A DNA stretch of 64,000 nucleotides from Planctomycetota bacterium (lineage in GTDB: Bacteria; Planctomycetota; PLA2; JAEUHO01), in the NCBI GenBank assembly GCA_020631815.1, contig JACKGW010000001.1, forward strand, positions 209,683-273,682, given 5' to 3'. Numbering within the stretch: position 1 is the first letter of the stretch; each line of letters starts with the position of its first letter. Positions 1 through 9,923 of the stretch are shown here, one piece after another. The translations under genes and the position numbers were made by a program. The notes under the pieces are model-generated. The model was not told where the DNA came from, searched no databases, and saw only the letters and a list, made by a program, of their open reading frames with translations.

Positions 1-1530
1 CTCGTCCTCCGGCCAGCCATCGACCGTGGGGGGCTGCGTGGCGGTGTTGCCCAGCAGCACGGCGCGACGCGTGACCTGGTTGGGATCGCCGTAGAGCTGC
101 GTCGAGCGCTGGAAGCCCGTGAGGTGTTCGATCGGCGTCTTGACGAAGCCGGCCTTGGCCTGTGCCGAGTAGAACGCCTCGGACAGGAAGAGCGTGTCGA
201 AGACGGGCTTCAGCTCCCAGCCGGACGTCTCGAGCACGCCCGCCAGCTGGTTGATGAGCTCGTCCGGCGGGTTGTTCATCGCGAAGCGGCGGATGATGGA
301 GCGGACGATCCAGCGCGCGCAGCGGCTGTGGCCGCTGACCGGGTCCTGCAACGCCAGCGTGAGGTCGGTCATGGCGTCGTAGTCGTCGGTCGTGTCCTGC
401 GCGGGGATCACGACGCCCAGCACCGTCTTGCTGCCGCCGTCGTGGCGGGCCGCGCTGAACTCGATGTAGCTCTGGCCCGTGCCGTTGTTGAAGCGCGAGC
501 GGTAGCCGGTGAAGGCGCGTGCGGCCTCCACGATGTCGGTCTGCGTGTAGCCGTTGTCCACGCCCAGGCAGAACAGCTCGAACCACTCACGACCAAAGTT
601 CTCGTTGGGCTGCTGACCCTCGGCGCCGTTGTTCTCGACGCCGTCGAGCCACTCGAGCATCGCCCAGTCGCGGGCCAGCGCCGTGAGGAAGGTGCGCAGG
701 TTGCCCGTCCCCATGTGCCGCAGCAAGTCGACGTGGCCGATCATGTAGTAGAGGTTGCCGCCCTCGAGGACCGACGACGACGTGGCGAAGTGGTCGTGCC
801 AATGCAGCGCAACGACCTCTTGGAAGGGGTTGGGGTTGACGACCTGCATGTAGGCCCACCAGTTGATGAGGTCCTGGTGCGAGGGGAACATGCCGGTGGG
901 GTCGTTGTCGTCGACGAGGTAGTTGTTGCGCGCATCGGTCTCGACCTGGGTCTGCGTGGGCAGCGAGGTCATGGCGCTGACGTAGGTCGGCATGCCCTGG
1001 GCCTGGATCAGCGCGTAGTGCGCGTCGCTGAACCCGAAGTGCGTGCGGTCCAGGAAGTGGCGAATGTCGTCGTCACTCAGGTTGGCCTTGGGGAGGATCG
1101 ACTTGGGCTCGGACCAGAGCACCTCGATCGTGATGTTCACCGCGTCCTGGCCGGACTCGTTGGAGGCGGTGACCGTGTGCACCTGCGAGGGCGTCGCCGC
1201 GGTCGGTGTGCCCGAGATGACACCGCTCGTCGCGTTGATCACGAGGCCATCCGGAAGATCGGGCACGCAGCTGAACGTGGTGGGGGTGCCCCCGGTCCAC
1301 GACGGCGTGTTCGGCGTGACGGGGTCGTCCGTGCGCACCGTGTAGGTGGGCGCGTCGTACGCCAGGTTCTGCGGCGCGTTCGGGTCCACCGTGGGGCCGC
1401 CGCCTCCGCCGCCGCAGGCGGTCGCGGTGAGCGCGAGCACGGCGAGGAGGGAGAGCGTGAAGGCGGAGCGGCTCCAAGACCTACGCGACGGGGCGTGGCG
1501 CCCTCCGTCCGTTCGGTGCGTCCACGTCAT
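1..1530 (-). CDS. DUF1800-family lipoprotein (5'-truncated by the window edge; start codon at 1530)
   Basis: My own translation of the minus strand from ATG at 1530-1528, preceded by GTGAGGAGGAG (SD). N-terminal signal peptide plus a Cys/Gly-rich stretch (LLAVLALTATACGGGGG). Conserved HWHDHF motif typical of DUF1800. High GC3. Not in the ORF track because it runs off the window edge. Confidence 0.55.
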   Translation of the reverse strand, partial: MTWTHRTDGGRHAPSRRSWSRSAFTLSLLAVLALTATACGGGGGGPTVDPNAPQNLAYDAPTYTVRTDDPVTPNTPSWTGGTPTTFSCVPDLPDGLVINATSGVISGTPTAATPSQVHTVTASNESGQDAVNITIEVLWSEPKSILPKANLSDDDIRHFLDRTHFGFSDAHYALIQAQGMPTYVSAMTSLPTQTQVETDARNNYLVDDNDPTGMFPSHQDLINWWAYMQVVNPNPFQEVVALHWHDHFATSSSVLEGGNLYYMIGHVDLLRHMGTGNLRTFLTALARDWAMLEWLDGVENNGAEGQQPNENFGREWFELFCLGVDNGYTQTDIVEAARAFTGYRSRFNNGTGQSYIEFSAARHDGGSKTVLGVVIPAQDTTDDYDAMTDLTLALQDPVSGHSRCARWIVRSIIRRFAMNNPPDELINQLAGVLETSGWELKPVFDTLFLSEAFYSAQAKAGFVKTPIEHLTGFQRSTQLYGDPNQVTRRAVLLGNTATQPPTVDGWPEDE

Positions 1531-1936
1531 GGCACTCCTCCTCACGTAGCCGGCGAACACCGCGGAAACGGGCGCGCGCCCCGATGGGCCTTCGTCAGCC
1601 ACAAGCCCGACTCGACCGGGGGGGGACTTGAGTCGTGGCGCCGAGCGTGTCACCGCGCGACGCCCACCGGGGGCGCGTCACCCTTCCAAGGGGTTGTAGC
1701 CCTGATCGGCCCTCGGCGGACGAACCTCCAGTCGCCCCCTCGTGCGCACCCGTTCGCGGGGGTATCCCCGTGACGATGTGGTTGAACAGGCGGGAGTCTG
1801 GAACCCCGCGGGCTGCAAGGGGTTGCGATCTGACGAAGGCTCGCGCAGGCGGGTCGTGTTGCGTCCGATGGACGCCGCTGCCCGTTTCCTCGCGGCACGT
1901 ACATCGACCTTCCGTGCGCCGTGGTGTCATGGACGC

Positions 1937-3295
1937 ATGACGCCGAACGTCCCCGATCGCCTCGATGCCCTCTCGCGGCGCCGTGCAGCGTGCACCCCGC
2001 GAGAGGACGAGGTCGTGTCCATCGTCCCGGCTGGCGTCCCGATCCCCGTCGAGGGCACCGATGCCAGCTATCGGTTTCGAGGCCACGATCACGTCCGCCA
2101 CCTGCTCGGCGAGGTGCATCCCGGCGACGTCCTCGTGCACGTGCCCGGAGAGCCGTGGTGTCTGTACGCACCGGTCCCCGGGGCCGACGACGCGGTCTGG
2201 CACGGACCCACACCGCGCCCGGAGGAACGGGCCGAGCGCGCGGGTCTGACCCTCGGGCGTCCGCTCGACGAGCTCGCCCACCGGGTGGAGGGGGCGCCGG
2301 CCGTCGCCTACGCCGGTGCTCGCGACCTCCTCGAGCGGCCGGGCGCGTACGGCCTGCATCCCGAGATCGTGGGGAATTGGCGGATCGACGCGGACGCCAG
2401 CGCGGAGCTCGAGGACCGCATCGTGGGCTCACGCCTCGTGAAGGACGACGTGGCCCTCGATGCCATGCGGCGGGCCGTCGCGGCATCCGCGGCCGGCCAC
2501 CGCGCGGCCCGGGCCGCAGCCCGGGCCGGGCGCACCGAGCGTCAGATCGCTCGCGTGCTCGAACACGCGTTCGACGACGCCGGCGGCGAGGGCACGGCGT
2601 ACCCGTCCATCGTGTTGGCGGGCCGGCGCTCGCAGATCCTGCACGGTGGTCCCGACGACACCGAGATGCAGGACGGTGACTTGGTGTTGATCGACGCGGG
2701 CGCGGAGATCGACGGTTACGACGCGGACATCACGCGGACGTTCGCCGTGGGAGGAGTCGCCTCGCCGGAGACGCGCGCGGTCCACGACGTCGTGCGTCGC
2801 GTGCAGGCTGCCGTCGTCCGTCTCGTGGCGCCGGATGTCAGCACACGCATGCTCCACGAGGCGGCCTCGCGCGGCCTGGCGGAGGGACTTGTCGAGCTGG
2901 GCTTGCTGCGCGGCCGCGTGGACGACCTCCTTGCGGCCGATGCGCAGACCGTCTTCTTCCCGCACGGCATCGGCCACTTCCTCGGCCTTGCCACGCACGA
3001 CGTGGGTGGCTACCTGCGTGGTGCGCAGCGCTCGTCGCGGCCGAGCCTCAAGTACTTGCGCGCCGATCGCACGCTCCAGCCCGGCATGGTGATGACGATC
3101 GAGCCGGGGCTCTACTTCATCGACGCGTTGCTCGACGACCCCGACGTGCGCAGCGAGCGCAGGGCCCAGGTGGACTTCGAGCGTGCCGAGGCCTTCCGCC
3201 ATGTGGGCGGCGTCCGCATCGAAGACGACGTCCTCGTCACCCCCACGGGCCACGAAGTCCTCGGCGCCGACCTGGAGCGCGACCTAGGTGTCTGA
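1937..3295 (+). CDS. Xaa-Pro aminopeptidase / M24B metallopeptidase (PepP-like)
   Basis: ORF 1742..3295. C-terminal M24 pita-bread motifs: DAGAEIDGYDADITRTF, HGIGHFLGL, EPGLYF, GVRIEDDVLVT. Start chosen at ATG 1937 (MTPNVPDRLDAL...); ATG 1868 is an alternative. Upstream R-rich extension judged non-coding. Confidence 0.85.
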   Translation: MTPNVPDRLDALSRRRAACTPREDEVVSIVPAGVPIPVEGTDASYRFRGHDHVRHLLGEVHPGDVLVHVPGEPWCLYAPVPGADDAVWHGPTPRPEERAERAGLTLGRPLDELAHRVEGAPAVAYAGARDLLERPGAYGLHPEIVGNWRIDADASAELEDRIVGSRLVKDDVALDAMRRAVAASAAGHRAARAAARAGRTERQIARVLEHAFDDAGGEGTAYPSIVLAGRRSQILHGGPDDTEMQDGDLVLIDAGAEIDGYDADITRTFAVGGVASPETRAVHDVVRRVQAAVVRLVAPDVSTRMLHEAASRGLAEGLVELGLLRGRVDDLLAADAQTVFFPHGIGHFLGLATHDVGGYLRGAQRSSRPSLKYLRADRTLQPGMVMTIEPGLYFIDALLDDPDVRSERRAQVDFERAEAFRHVGGVRIEDDVLVTPTGHEVLGADLERDLGV

Positions 3296-3545
3296 TCCGG
3301 CGCTGCGGAGCGATAGCGACGCGGGGCGCCGGGTCTGACTCCGTGGTGGCGCTTCCAGGCGCATGTACGCGGTAGCCCGATCGCACGGGAGGGGCGTACA
3401 TGCCGGCGGACGCGGTTCAACCGAGCCAGACCCGGACGCCTCGCGTTGCCGCTGCGCGGCGCCGCAGCGCCGGATCAGGCACGTGGCCAGACCCGTGCGC
3501 CTCGCATCGTCGCCGACGCGACTCCACACCACCGGGTCAGGCGCC
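3288..3545. repeat. Cluster of three GTCTGA/TCAGAC-box elements (direct-repeat-flanked hairpins) plus a 10-bp-stem palindrome
   Basis: Unit 3288-3342 (gtgtctgatcc-[ccggcgc...gcgccgg hairpin]-gggtctgactcc). Units 3423-3483 and 3485-3545 (gagccagacccg...ggatcaggcacg; ggccagacccg...gggtcaggcgcc). Palindrome gcatgtacgc/gcgtacatgc at 3361-3403. Confidence 0.7.
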
Positions 3546-3627
3546 AGCCTTCCGGGCTCCCCGAACCGGTACCCGGGGGCCCGTGGACGGGGCGTAGACT
3601 CGCGCCCCCCTCGCTTCGGAGCAACGC

Positions 3628-6483
3628 ATGCATCGCTTCCCCGCCGCCCTGCTGGCCGCCGCCGCCCTGGCCGCTGGTTTCAGCCCGGCCCTTGCCAAGG
3701 AGACCGTGCCCGTGGACCGCCCGCTGCCCGTGGACGACCGCTACGACGTCCGCGAGACACTGCCCTCGGGCCTCAAGCTGTACGTTCGCCATCACGAGGT
3801 GCCCAAGGGCATGGTGGCGATGTGGCTCCACTTCGGTACCGGCTCGGTCAACGAGACCGATGCCGAGCGGGGGCTCGCGCACTTCCTCGAACACATGGCG
3901 TTCCGCGGCAGCACCCACTTCAAGCCCGGCACGGTCACGTCGCGCTTCGAGGACCTCGGTGTGCGCTTCGGCCGCGACCAGAACGCGATGACGTCGTTCG
4001 ACCAGACGACGTACCAGATCGCGTTGCCGCGCACCGACCCGCATGCCATCAGCGAGGCCCTGCTGTTCCTCTCCGACGTGGCGCATCGCCTCGCCTTGCT
4101 CGACCCGGAGATCGACGACGAGCGCGGCGTGGTGCTCGAAGAGGCGCGCGCCCGTGCCGGCGCGCAGATGCGCATCCTCGAGCAGCTGTTCCCGCTCGTG
4201 GCGCCCGGCTCGCTCATCGCCGAGCGGCTGCCGATCGGCATCCCCGAAGTCGTGCAGAAGATCGACTCCAAGGCCATGAAGGCCTACTGGAGCAAGTGGT
4301 ACCGGCCCGAGACGTCGACGTTGATGATCGTCGGCGACATCGATGCGCCGACCGTGGCCGCCATGGCCAAGCTGGCCTTCGCCGACTGGCGTCCGGCGGG
4401 CGACGTCCCCACGCCGCAAGACGGTGGCTTGCTCAGCCAGGGTGCGCGCCGCGCGGCCGTGCTGACCGACCCCGAGGTCACGCAGGCCGATCTCACGTGG
4501 ATGCGTGCCGAGCCCCTCGAGGCCTCCACGACCTACGGTGACTTCCGCGACTGGTGCGTGGATCGCCTGGGCACATGGATCGTGGGCCAGCGCCTCGACG
4601 AGCTGCGACGCACGGGCAACGCCCCGTTCCAGGACGCCGCGTTCCGCACGCAGCCTTTCGTCTCGGGCGCGCAGATCCGCACGCTGGACGTGCAGTCTCC
4701 GCCCGAGCGCTGGCGCGAGGCCGCCCAAGCGCTGCTCGTCGAGTGGCGCCGTGTGCAGCAGCACGGTGTGCTGCCGGAGGAGCTGACGCGCGCCAAGAAG
4801 GCGCTGCTTGCCGGCTTCGAGCAAGCCGTCGAGGGCGCTGGCGGCGTGCCGACCATCGGTGTCTTGGCGCAGCTCAACAACCTCGTCACGCAGGGCCGTC
4901 AGCCGATGTCCGAGGCCCAGCGCCTCGAGGTGGCCACCGACCTGCTGCCCGGCATCACCGCCGACGAGGTCACGAAGGAGCTGCAGACGGCGTACAACCT
5001 CGAGGGCGGCGTCGTCTACCTCGTGATGCCGGAGAAGGCCGGTCTGACCGTCCCGAAGGCCGAGGAGCTCGAGGTACTCGTTGCCGAGGCGGCCGCCATG
5101 GACGTTCCCGCGCCGACGTCCTCGGCCGACGTGGACCGTCTCGTGGCTCCGCCGGCCGCGGCCGGGGCCGTGACCAGCTCCGAGGTCCACGCCGGTCTCG
5201 ACGTGACGCATGTCACGTACGCGAACGGCCTGGAGGGCTACTACAAGACGCTGCCCTCCGGCGGCGACTCCTACATCCAGCTCGTGCTGCATGGTGGCAT
5301 CTGCGATGAGAACGCGGAGAACCGCGGCATCACGGCGTTGGCCGTCGATGCGCTCGACAGCGATGGCTTGGCCAGCAGCGAGCACGACGCCAGCGCGATC
5401 GCGGGCTGGCGCGTGGGCAAGAAGTTCCGCCTGAACCTCGCGCGCAATGGCGCGTCGGTGGTGCTGACCGTGTCGGGTGCGCCCGACGGATTGGCCGCGG
5501 GCTTGGAGCTGGCCCATCTGCTGCTGACCGACGGCGTCGTCACGCCGAGCGCATTGGAGACCGTTCGCGAGTCGCTCCTGCAGGATCTCGAGGACGCGCG
5601 CCGCAGCACGCAGCAGCAGGCGTTCACGCGCGTGCGTCAACGCGTCGGCGGTGACGACCCGCGTCTGGGCCTGCCGCCCGAGGCGACCGTCCGCGCGATC
5701 GATGCGGCCGCGGCGACCGCGTGGTGGAAGCACCTGGCGGCGACGGCTCCGATGGACGTGGTCGTCACGGGGCCGATCGGTGCGGACGCCGCGCAGGCCC
5801 TGGTCGGCACGTGGCTCGCCACGCTGCCCGCGCGACCCGAGGGCGCCTGGGCCGAGCACGTCAAGCACACGACGTTCGAGCGTCATCTGGCACCGGGTGG
5901 CGAGAACATCCGCGTGGTCACGATCACGCCGACGGCCGTGGCGCTCGAGGCGTGGGTGGGCATCGACCGCGATGACCCGGTCGCGCTGGCCCATGCCCAG
6001 CACGGCTCGATGATCCTCACGACGCGCTTGCTCAAGGAAGTGCGCGAGACGCGCGGCCTGACCTACTCGATCCAAGCCTTCCCCATGATCGGCGACTACC
6101 GCGGCCTCGAGCTGATGGGCGCGTTCTTCACCGCCGACAAGGACAAGCTCGAAGAGGCGGCCAAGATCGCCTACGAGACGGCGAAGGGCCTTGGCGAGGA
6201 AGGTCCGACGGACGTCGAGGTCAACGCGATCAACGTGCAGATGGCGCTGGGTCTCGCTCGCGAGAAGCAGCTGCCGACGTTCTGGCTGGGCACCCTCGGC
6301 GGTGCCCGTCAGCTCTCCGGCGGCCTCGACGCCGTCGCGCAGGGCATCACGGCTGCGGAGAAGGTCGACGTCGAGGGCCTCAAGGTGTTCCTCGCCAACC
6401 TGCTGCGCGACGAAAACTACCTGCATGTGCTCGCGCGTCCCTCGCCGCCCGACGACAGCGTCAAGCCCGAAGGCGTCAAGTAG
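3628..6483 (+). CDS. Secreted M16-family zinc peptidase (pitrilysin/insulinase-like, two M16 domains)
   Basis: 951 aa. N-terminal signal peptide (MHRFPAALLAAAALAAGFSPALA). HxxEH zinc-binding motif (GLAHFLEHMAFRG) near the N-terminus. Second inactive M16 domain. GGAG SD 6 nt upstream. Confidence 0.9.
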   Translation: MHRFPAALLAAAALAAGFSPALAKETVPVDRPLPVDDRYDVRETLPSGLKLYVRHHEVPKGMVAMWLHFGTGSVNETDAERGLAHFLEHMAFRGSTHFKPGTVTSRFEDLGVRFGRDQNAMTSFDQTTYQIALPRTDPHAISEALLFLSDVAHRLALLDPEIDDERGVVLEEARARAGAQMRILEQLFPLVAPGSLIAERLPIGIPEVVQKIDSKAMKAYWSKWYRPETSTLMIVGDIDAPTVAAMAKLAFADWRPAGDVPTPQDGGLLSQGARRAAVLTDPEVTQADLTWMRAEPLEASTTYGDFRDWCVDRLGTWIVGQRLDELRRTGNAPFQDAAFRTQPFVSGAQIRTLDVQSPPERWREAAQALLVEWRRVQQHGVLPEELTRAKKALLAGFEQAVEGAGGVPTIGVLAQLNNLVTQGRQPMSEAQRLEVATDLLPGITADEVTKELQTAYNLEGGVVYLVMPEKAGLTVPKAEELEVLVAEAAAMDVPAPTSSADVDRLVAPPAAAGAVTSSEVHAGLDVTHVTYANGLEGYYKTLPSGGDSYIQLVLHGGICDENAENRGITALAVDALDSDGLASSEHDASAIAGWRVGKKFRLNLARNGASVVLTVSGAPDGLAAGLELAHLLLTDGVVTPSALETVRESLLQDLEDARRSTQQQAFTRVRQRVGGDDPRLGLPPEATVRAIDAAAATAWWKHLAATAPMDVVVTGPIGADAAQALVGTWLATLPARPEGAWAEHVKHTTFERHLAPGGENIRVVTITPTAVALEAWVGIDRDDPVALAHAQHGSMILTTRLLKEVRETRGLTYSIQAFPMIGDYRGLELMGAFFTADKDKLEEAAKIAYETAKGLGEEGPTDVEVNAINVQMALGLAREKQLPTFWLGTLGGARQLSGGLDAVAQGITAAEKVDVEGLKVFLANLLRDENYLHVLARPSPPDDSVKPEGVK

Positions 6484-6635
6484 GCGCTCGGCCCTGGACT
6501 GGGCGCCGGAGCACCGCTTCGTCGTCCTTGCGTGGAGGACCACGCGGCGTCCTCCTCATCGGCACCCGGCATCCCATCCAGGGCCGAGCGCGGCACTCCC
6601 CCGGGAGGGGTGGTCACGCTTCGGATCCGACAGGG

Positions 6636-6664
6636 GCTCGGGACCAAGCATCTGGCGAACCGTT
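6636..6664. repeat. Isolated fragment resembling the element-C 3' tail (gggaccaagcatctggcgaaccg)
   Basis: Compare gggaccgagcatctggcgagccg (29195) and ggaccgagcatctggcgggccg (40032). Confidence 0.5.
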
Positions 6665-6695
6665 CCCGCGCCCCCCAGGAGGTGATCGCCTACCC

Positions 6696-7322
6696 GTGTT
6701 GACGCTTGGGCATCGTGGGTGCACACGGGCGGCACCCGAGAACACCTGGGAGGCCTTCGAGGCCGCCCTCGCGGCCGGTCTCGATGGATGCGAGACCGAC
6801 GTACGGCGTAGCGCCGACGGCCAGCTGGTTCTCGTGCACGACGATCGTCTCGCCGACGGACGCCGCGTGGCCGAGCTGGACCGCGCCGCGCTCGAAGCGG
6901 CGCTCGGCCACGCGGTGCCCACGGTTCCCGAGGTGCTCGGGCGTTGGCCCGACGCCGTCTGGAACCTCGAGGTCAAGGACCAGGTCGCCACGGCGCCGCT
7001 GCTGCACGCACTGCGCCGCCATGACCTGGAGCGCGTGCTCGTCACCTCGTTCGACCATCCGGTCGCCATGCGCGCTGCCCTGGAGAGCGAGGCCGGCGCC
7101 GGCGTCCTGATCGCGCATCGCCCTCTGCGCGGCGCCACACCGTTCGCCACGTGGCGGCGCGCCGGCATCGGCACCCTCATCCTGCCGTTCCCCTACCTCG
7201 CGCCGTGGTTGGTCGACGAGGCCGCCGAGGCAGGCATGAACGTGGGCACCTGGGGGCTGGCCACACCCGAGAAGCACGCCCAAGCCCGCGAGGCAGGCGC
7301 CACGATCCTGATCACGGACTGA
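6696..7322 (+). CDS. Glycerophosphodiester phosphodiesterase (GDPD) family protein
   Basis: GTG start at 6696, preceded by AGGAGGTGA. N-terminal LTLGHRG...PENTWEAFEAA..GLDGCETDVRRSADGQLVLVHDD matches the GDPD catalytic signature (HR...E.D.). 208 aa. Confidence 0.8.
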   Translation: MLTLGHRGCTRAAPENTWEAFEAALAAGLDGCETDVRRSADGQLVLVHDDRLADGRRVAELDRAALEAALGHAVPTVPEVLGRWPDAVWNLEVKDQVATAPLLHALRRHDLERVLVTSFDHPVAMRAALESEAGAGVLIAHRPLRGATPFATWRRAGIGTLILPFPYLAPWLVDEAAEAGMNVGTWGLATPEKHAQAREAGATILITD

Positions 7323-7372
7323 CGCCCGAGCCTCGTTGCGGGGACGTGACAACTGCCCCAGCGAGGCCGTGG

Positions 7373-9160
7373 ATGCTCGCCGGCGTGAGGCGGACGAGCT
7401 CCCCCTGGTTGCTACCGGTGGTGTTGGCCGTCGTGGGTGTCGCCCTCGGCTTCCTCGGAGCGCGCCTTGCCAACCTGGAGGTCGACGCCCGGGCCAAGGA
7501 CGACCGTGCGCACCTGCAGGAGGTGCTCGCCTCCGTGCCGAAGTCGCTGCAGATGCAGCTGACCAGCCCCTCGGAACCGCCGCTCCGCACGTGGCAGCTG
7601 GTCTCCGGGTACCAGCCGGTCCCGCTCGACGAGGGCGAGCGCCTGCGGCTGGACGAAGCCGAGTGGCGCTTCACGCACGGAGAGCCCGACGTCGCGCGGC
7701 GGTCTTGGCAGGCCATCGAGGCGACGGGATCGCGCGGTGCACGCTCTCTTGCGGCCCTGCGCTTGGCTGCGGCCCTTCGCAGGGAAGACCCGGGTCGGGC
7801 GAAGGAGCTGCTCGAGCGGCTTGCCAACGTCCCTGGAACCTGGGCGGAACAGGGTGTGCCCCTGTCGCTGGGCGCAGCGTGGTTGGCTGCCGAGATCGAG
7901 CGCGAGAGATGGCCCGGTCAGATGTCGGCTCGCCGCCAGCTGCTCCAGCTCTCGGGCCACGGCCTGCTGTTGGGACCATCCAACATGGTGGGCCCTGACG
8001 CGCTGTTGCTCGCTGCGCCGCCCCCCTCGTCGAAGGGTGGGCCGCTGGACCCCGGCATCGAGCGCGAGCTCGAGGCGGCGCGACGTGTGGCGCGCGAGGG
8101 GCGGCAGTGGCGTGAGCGTCTCGGCGACCATCTCGAGCTGGCCGTGTCGGGCTCGCTGGCCGTCTGGCGTCGCGGTGATGCGATCCAGACCCGTCCCGTG
8201 AAGGCGCTGCTCGATCCGGTGGCCAAGGCGAGTGGGGCGGACCTACGCCTTCTCGGCGTGAACACGGCTCCATCTGCCGAGGCCCTCGTGACCCCCGCCC
8301 TCCCGCCGCCTCTGTCGCTGTTCCGTGTGGAGGCAACGCCTCCCCACCTGGAGCGGGGATGGACCATCCACATCCCGTGGGTGGTCGGGCTCGGTGTGTA
8401 CCTGCTGGGGGCCGTCGTCGCCCTGCTCGCCTTCCGCCGCCACGCCCGAGCGGCGCGCATGCAGGGTGACTTCGTAGCCGCGGTCAGCCATGAGCTGAAG
8501 ACGCCGATCGCCAGCGTGCGGGCCATGGCCGAGCTGCTTGCCGACGGCGTGGCGGACGATCCGCAAAGGACGCGCACCTACGCCGAGCGCATCGAGAACG
8601 AGATGACCCGCCTTGGCACCACGGTCCGCAACATCCTCGACGCCTCGCGTGTGGAACAGACCGGCGAGCTGGCCCTCGCGCGTGTCGCCCAGGACCCCGC
8701 CCGGCTCGTCGAGGACGTCGTCGCAGGCGTACGGCCGCTGCTGGAACGCCGCGGCTTCCGCGTCGAGCTCGATGTGCAGGCTGCCGAGCGGCTCGCCTTG
8801 CTCGATGGTGCGGCGCTTCGCAGCGTGCTCGTGAACCTGCTCGACAACGCCATGAAGTTCGCCGGGCCTGGCCGCACGGTGCGCGTCGTCGGCCGCAGCG
8901 AGGTCGACGGCCGCTACCGCATCGAGGTGGTCGACGACGGCGTGGGCCTGCCGCCCGGTGACCCCGAGCGGCTGTTCCGTCGCTTCCATCGCGGCGCCGG
9001 GGCCAAGGAGGCGGCGATCCCCGGGATCGGTCTCGGGCTGTTCGTGGCCCGCCAGGTCGTCGAAGCCCATGGCGGCACGATCTACGCCGAGGACGTGCCC
9101 CAGGGGGGCGCCCGGTTCGTCGTGGTACTCCCTCCGGCTCGCGAGGAGGCCCGCGCATGA
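7373..9160 (+). CDS. Sensor histidine kinase (2 TM helices, ~300-aa periplasmic sensor domain, HisKA + HATPase_c)
   Basis: H-box AAVSHELKTPIASV. N-box LVNLLDNAMKFA. G-boxes VVDDGVGLP and GIGLGL. TM helices at the N-terminus and at ~residue 340 (GWTIHIPWVVGLGVYLLGAVVALLAF). ATG 7373 with a GAGG SD; the upstream part of ORF 7151.. overlaps the GDPD gene and is rejected. Confidence 0.85.
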   Translation: MLAGVRRTSSPWLLPVVLAVVGVALGFLGARLANLEVDARAKDDRAHLQEVLASVPKSLQMQLTSPSEPPLRTWQLVSGYQPVPLDEGERLRLDEAEWRFTHGEPDVARRSWQAIEATGSRGARSLAALRLAAALRREDPGRAKELLERLANVPGTWAEQGVPLSLGAAWLAAEIERERWPGQMSARRQLLQLSGHGLLLGPSNMVGPDALLLAAPPPSSKGGPLDPGIERELEAARRVAREGRQWRERLGDHLELAVSGSLAVWRRGDAIQTRPVKALLDPVAKASGADLRLLGVNTAPSAEALVTPALPPPLSLFRVEATPPHLERGWTIHIPWVVGLGVYLLGAVVALLAFRRHARAARMQGDFVAAVSHELKTPIASVRAMAELLADGVADDPQRTRTYAERIENEMTRLGTTVRNILDASRVEQTGELALARVAQDPARLVEDVVAGVRPLLERRGFRVELDVQAAERLALLDGAALRSVLVNLLDNAMKFAGPGRTVRVVGRSEVDGRYRIEVVDDGVGLPPGDPERLFRRFHRGAGAKEAAIPGIGLGLFVARQVVEAHGGTIYAEDVPQGGARFVVVLPPAREEARA

Positions 9161-9861
9161 GATCGCCGCACGTGCTGATCGTGGAAGACGACGAGTCGCT
9201 GGGGCTGGCGCTGGTCGATGCCTTCGAGCGCGATGGCTACCGCGTGGATCACGTCATCGACGGTCGCGAGGCGCTCGAGCGCGGCTTGGCCCGCCGCTTC
9301 GACCTCATCGTGCTCGACTTGATGTTGCCGGGCATGGACGGCTACGAGGTGTGCAAGCGACTGCGCGCCGCGGGCCGCGACAGCCCGATCTTGATGCTCA
9401 CGGCCCGCGGCCGTGAAGAGGATCGCGTGCACGGCCTGGACCTGGGCGCCGACGACTACCTGTGCAAGCCGTTCTCGCTGCGCGAGCTCCTGGCCCGCGC
9501 GCGGGCTCGGGTGCGCGCGAAGAAGCCCATCGCGCCGCAGCGCGTGGCCTTCGACGGCATCGAGATCGATCTCGGGGCGCGCGTCGTTCGCGAGGGAAGC
9601 CGCGTGGCCCAGCTGACGCCGCTGGAGACCGGGATGCTCTCGATCCTCTTGGCGCATCGGGCGGAGGTCGTTACGCGCCACCGCTTCCTCGACGAGGTGT
9701 GGGGCTACGACCGCCATCCGACCACGCGAACCATCGACATGCACATGGCGCGGCTGCGCGCCAAGCTCGGCGCCGACGACGTCATCGCCACCGTGCATGG
9801 CGTCGGCTACCGCTTCGATCCGCCCGAATCGTTCGAAGTCCGTGACATCGACGTGGCATGA
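9157..9861 (+). CDS. OmpR/PhoB-family response regulator (REC + winged-helix)
   Basis: HVLIVEDDESLG...DLIVLDLMLPGMDGYEVCKRLR (receiver). C-terminal trans_reg_C (TPLETGMLSILLAHRAEVVTRHRFLDEVWG...TRTIDMHMARLRAKLG...GVGYRF). ATGA overlap with the kinase stop, indicating translational coupling. Confidence 0.9.
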   Translation: MRSPHVLIVEDDESLGLALVDAFERDGYRVDHVIDGREALERGLARRFDLIVLDLMLPGMDGYEVCKRLRAAGRDSPILMLTARGREEDRVHGLDLGADDYLCKPFSLRELLARARARVRAKKPIAPQRVAFDGIEIDLGARVVREGSRVAQLTPLETGMLSILLAHRAEVVTRHRFLDEVWGYDRHPTTRTIDMHMARLRAKLGADDVIATVHGVGYRFDPPESFEVRDIDVA

Positions 9862-9923
9862 GCGTCACCACCGCGCCTCGCGCCGCGTCCACGCTGGGAA
9901 CCCTGACCCAAGGAGACCTCCCC

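Noticed and set aside
124-1773. 549-aa + strand ORF (R/G/V/A-rich)
   Set aside because: It is antisense to the DUF1800 gene. Composition is low-complexity Arg/Gly/Val, typical of wrong-frame ORFs in 70% GC DNA. No SD or motif.
3475-6543. 1022-aa minus-strand ORF
   Set aside because: It is exactly antisense to the M16 peptidase gene. It is Arg/Gly-rich with no domain signal.
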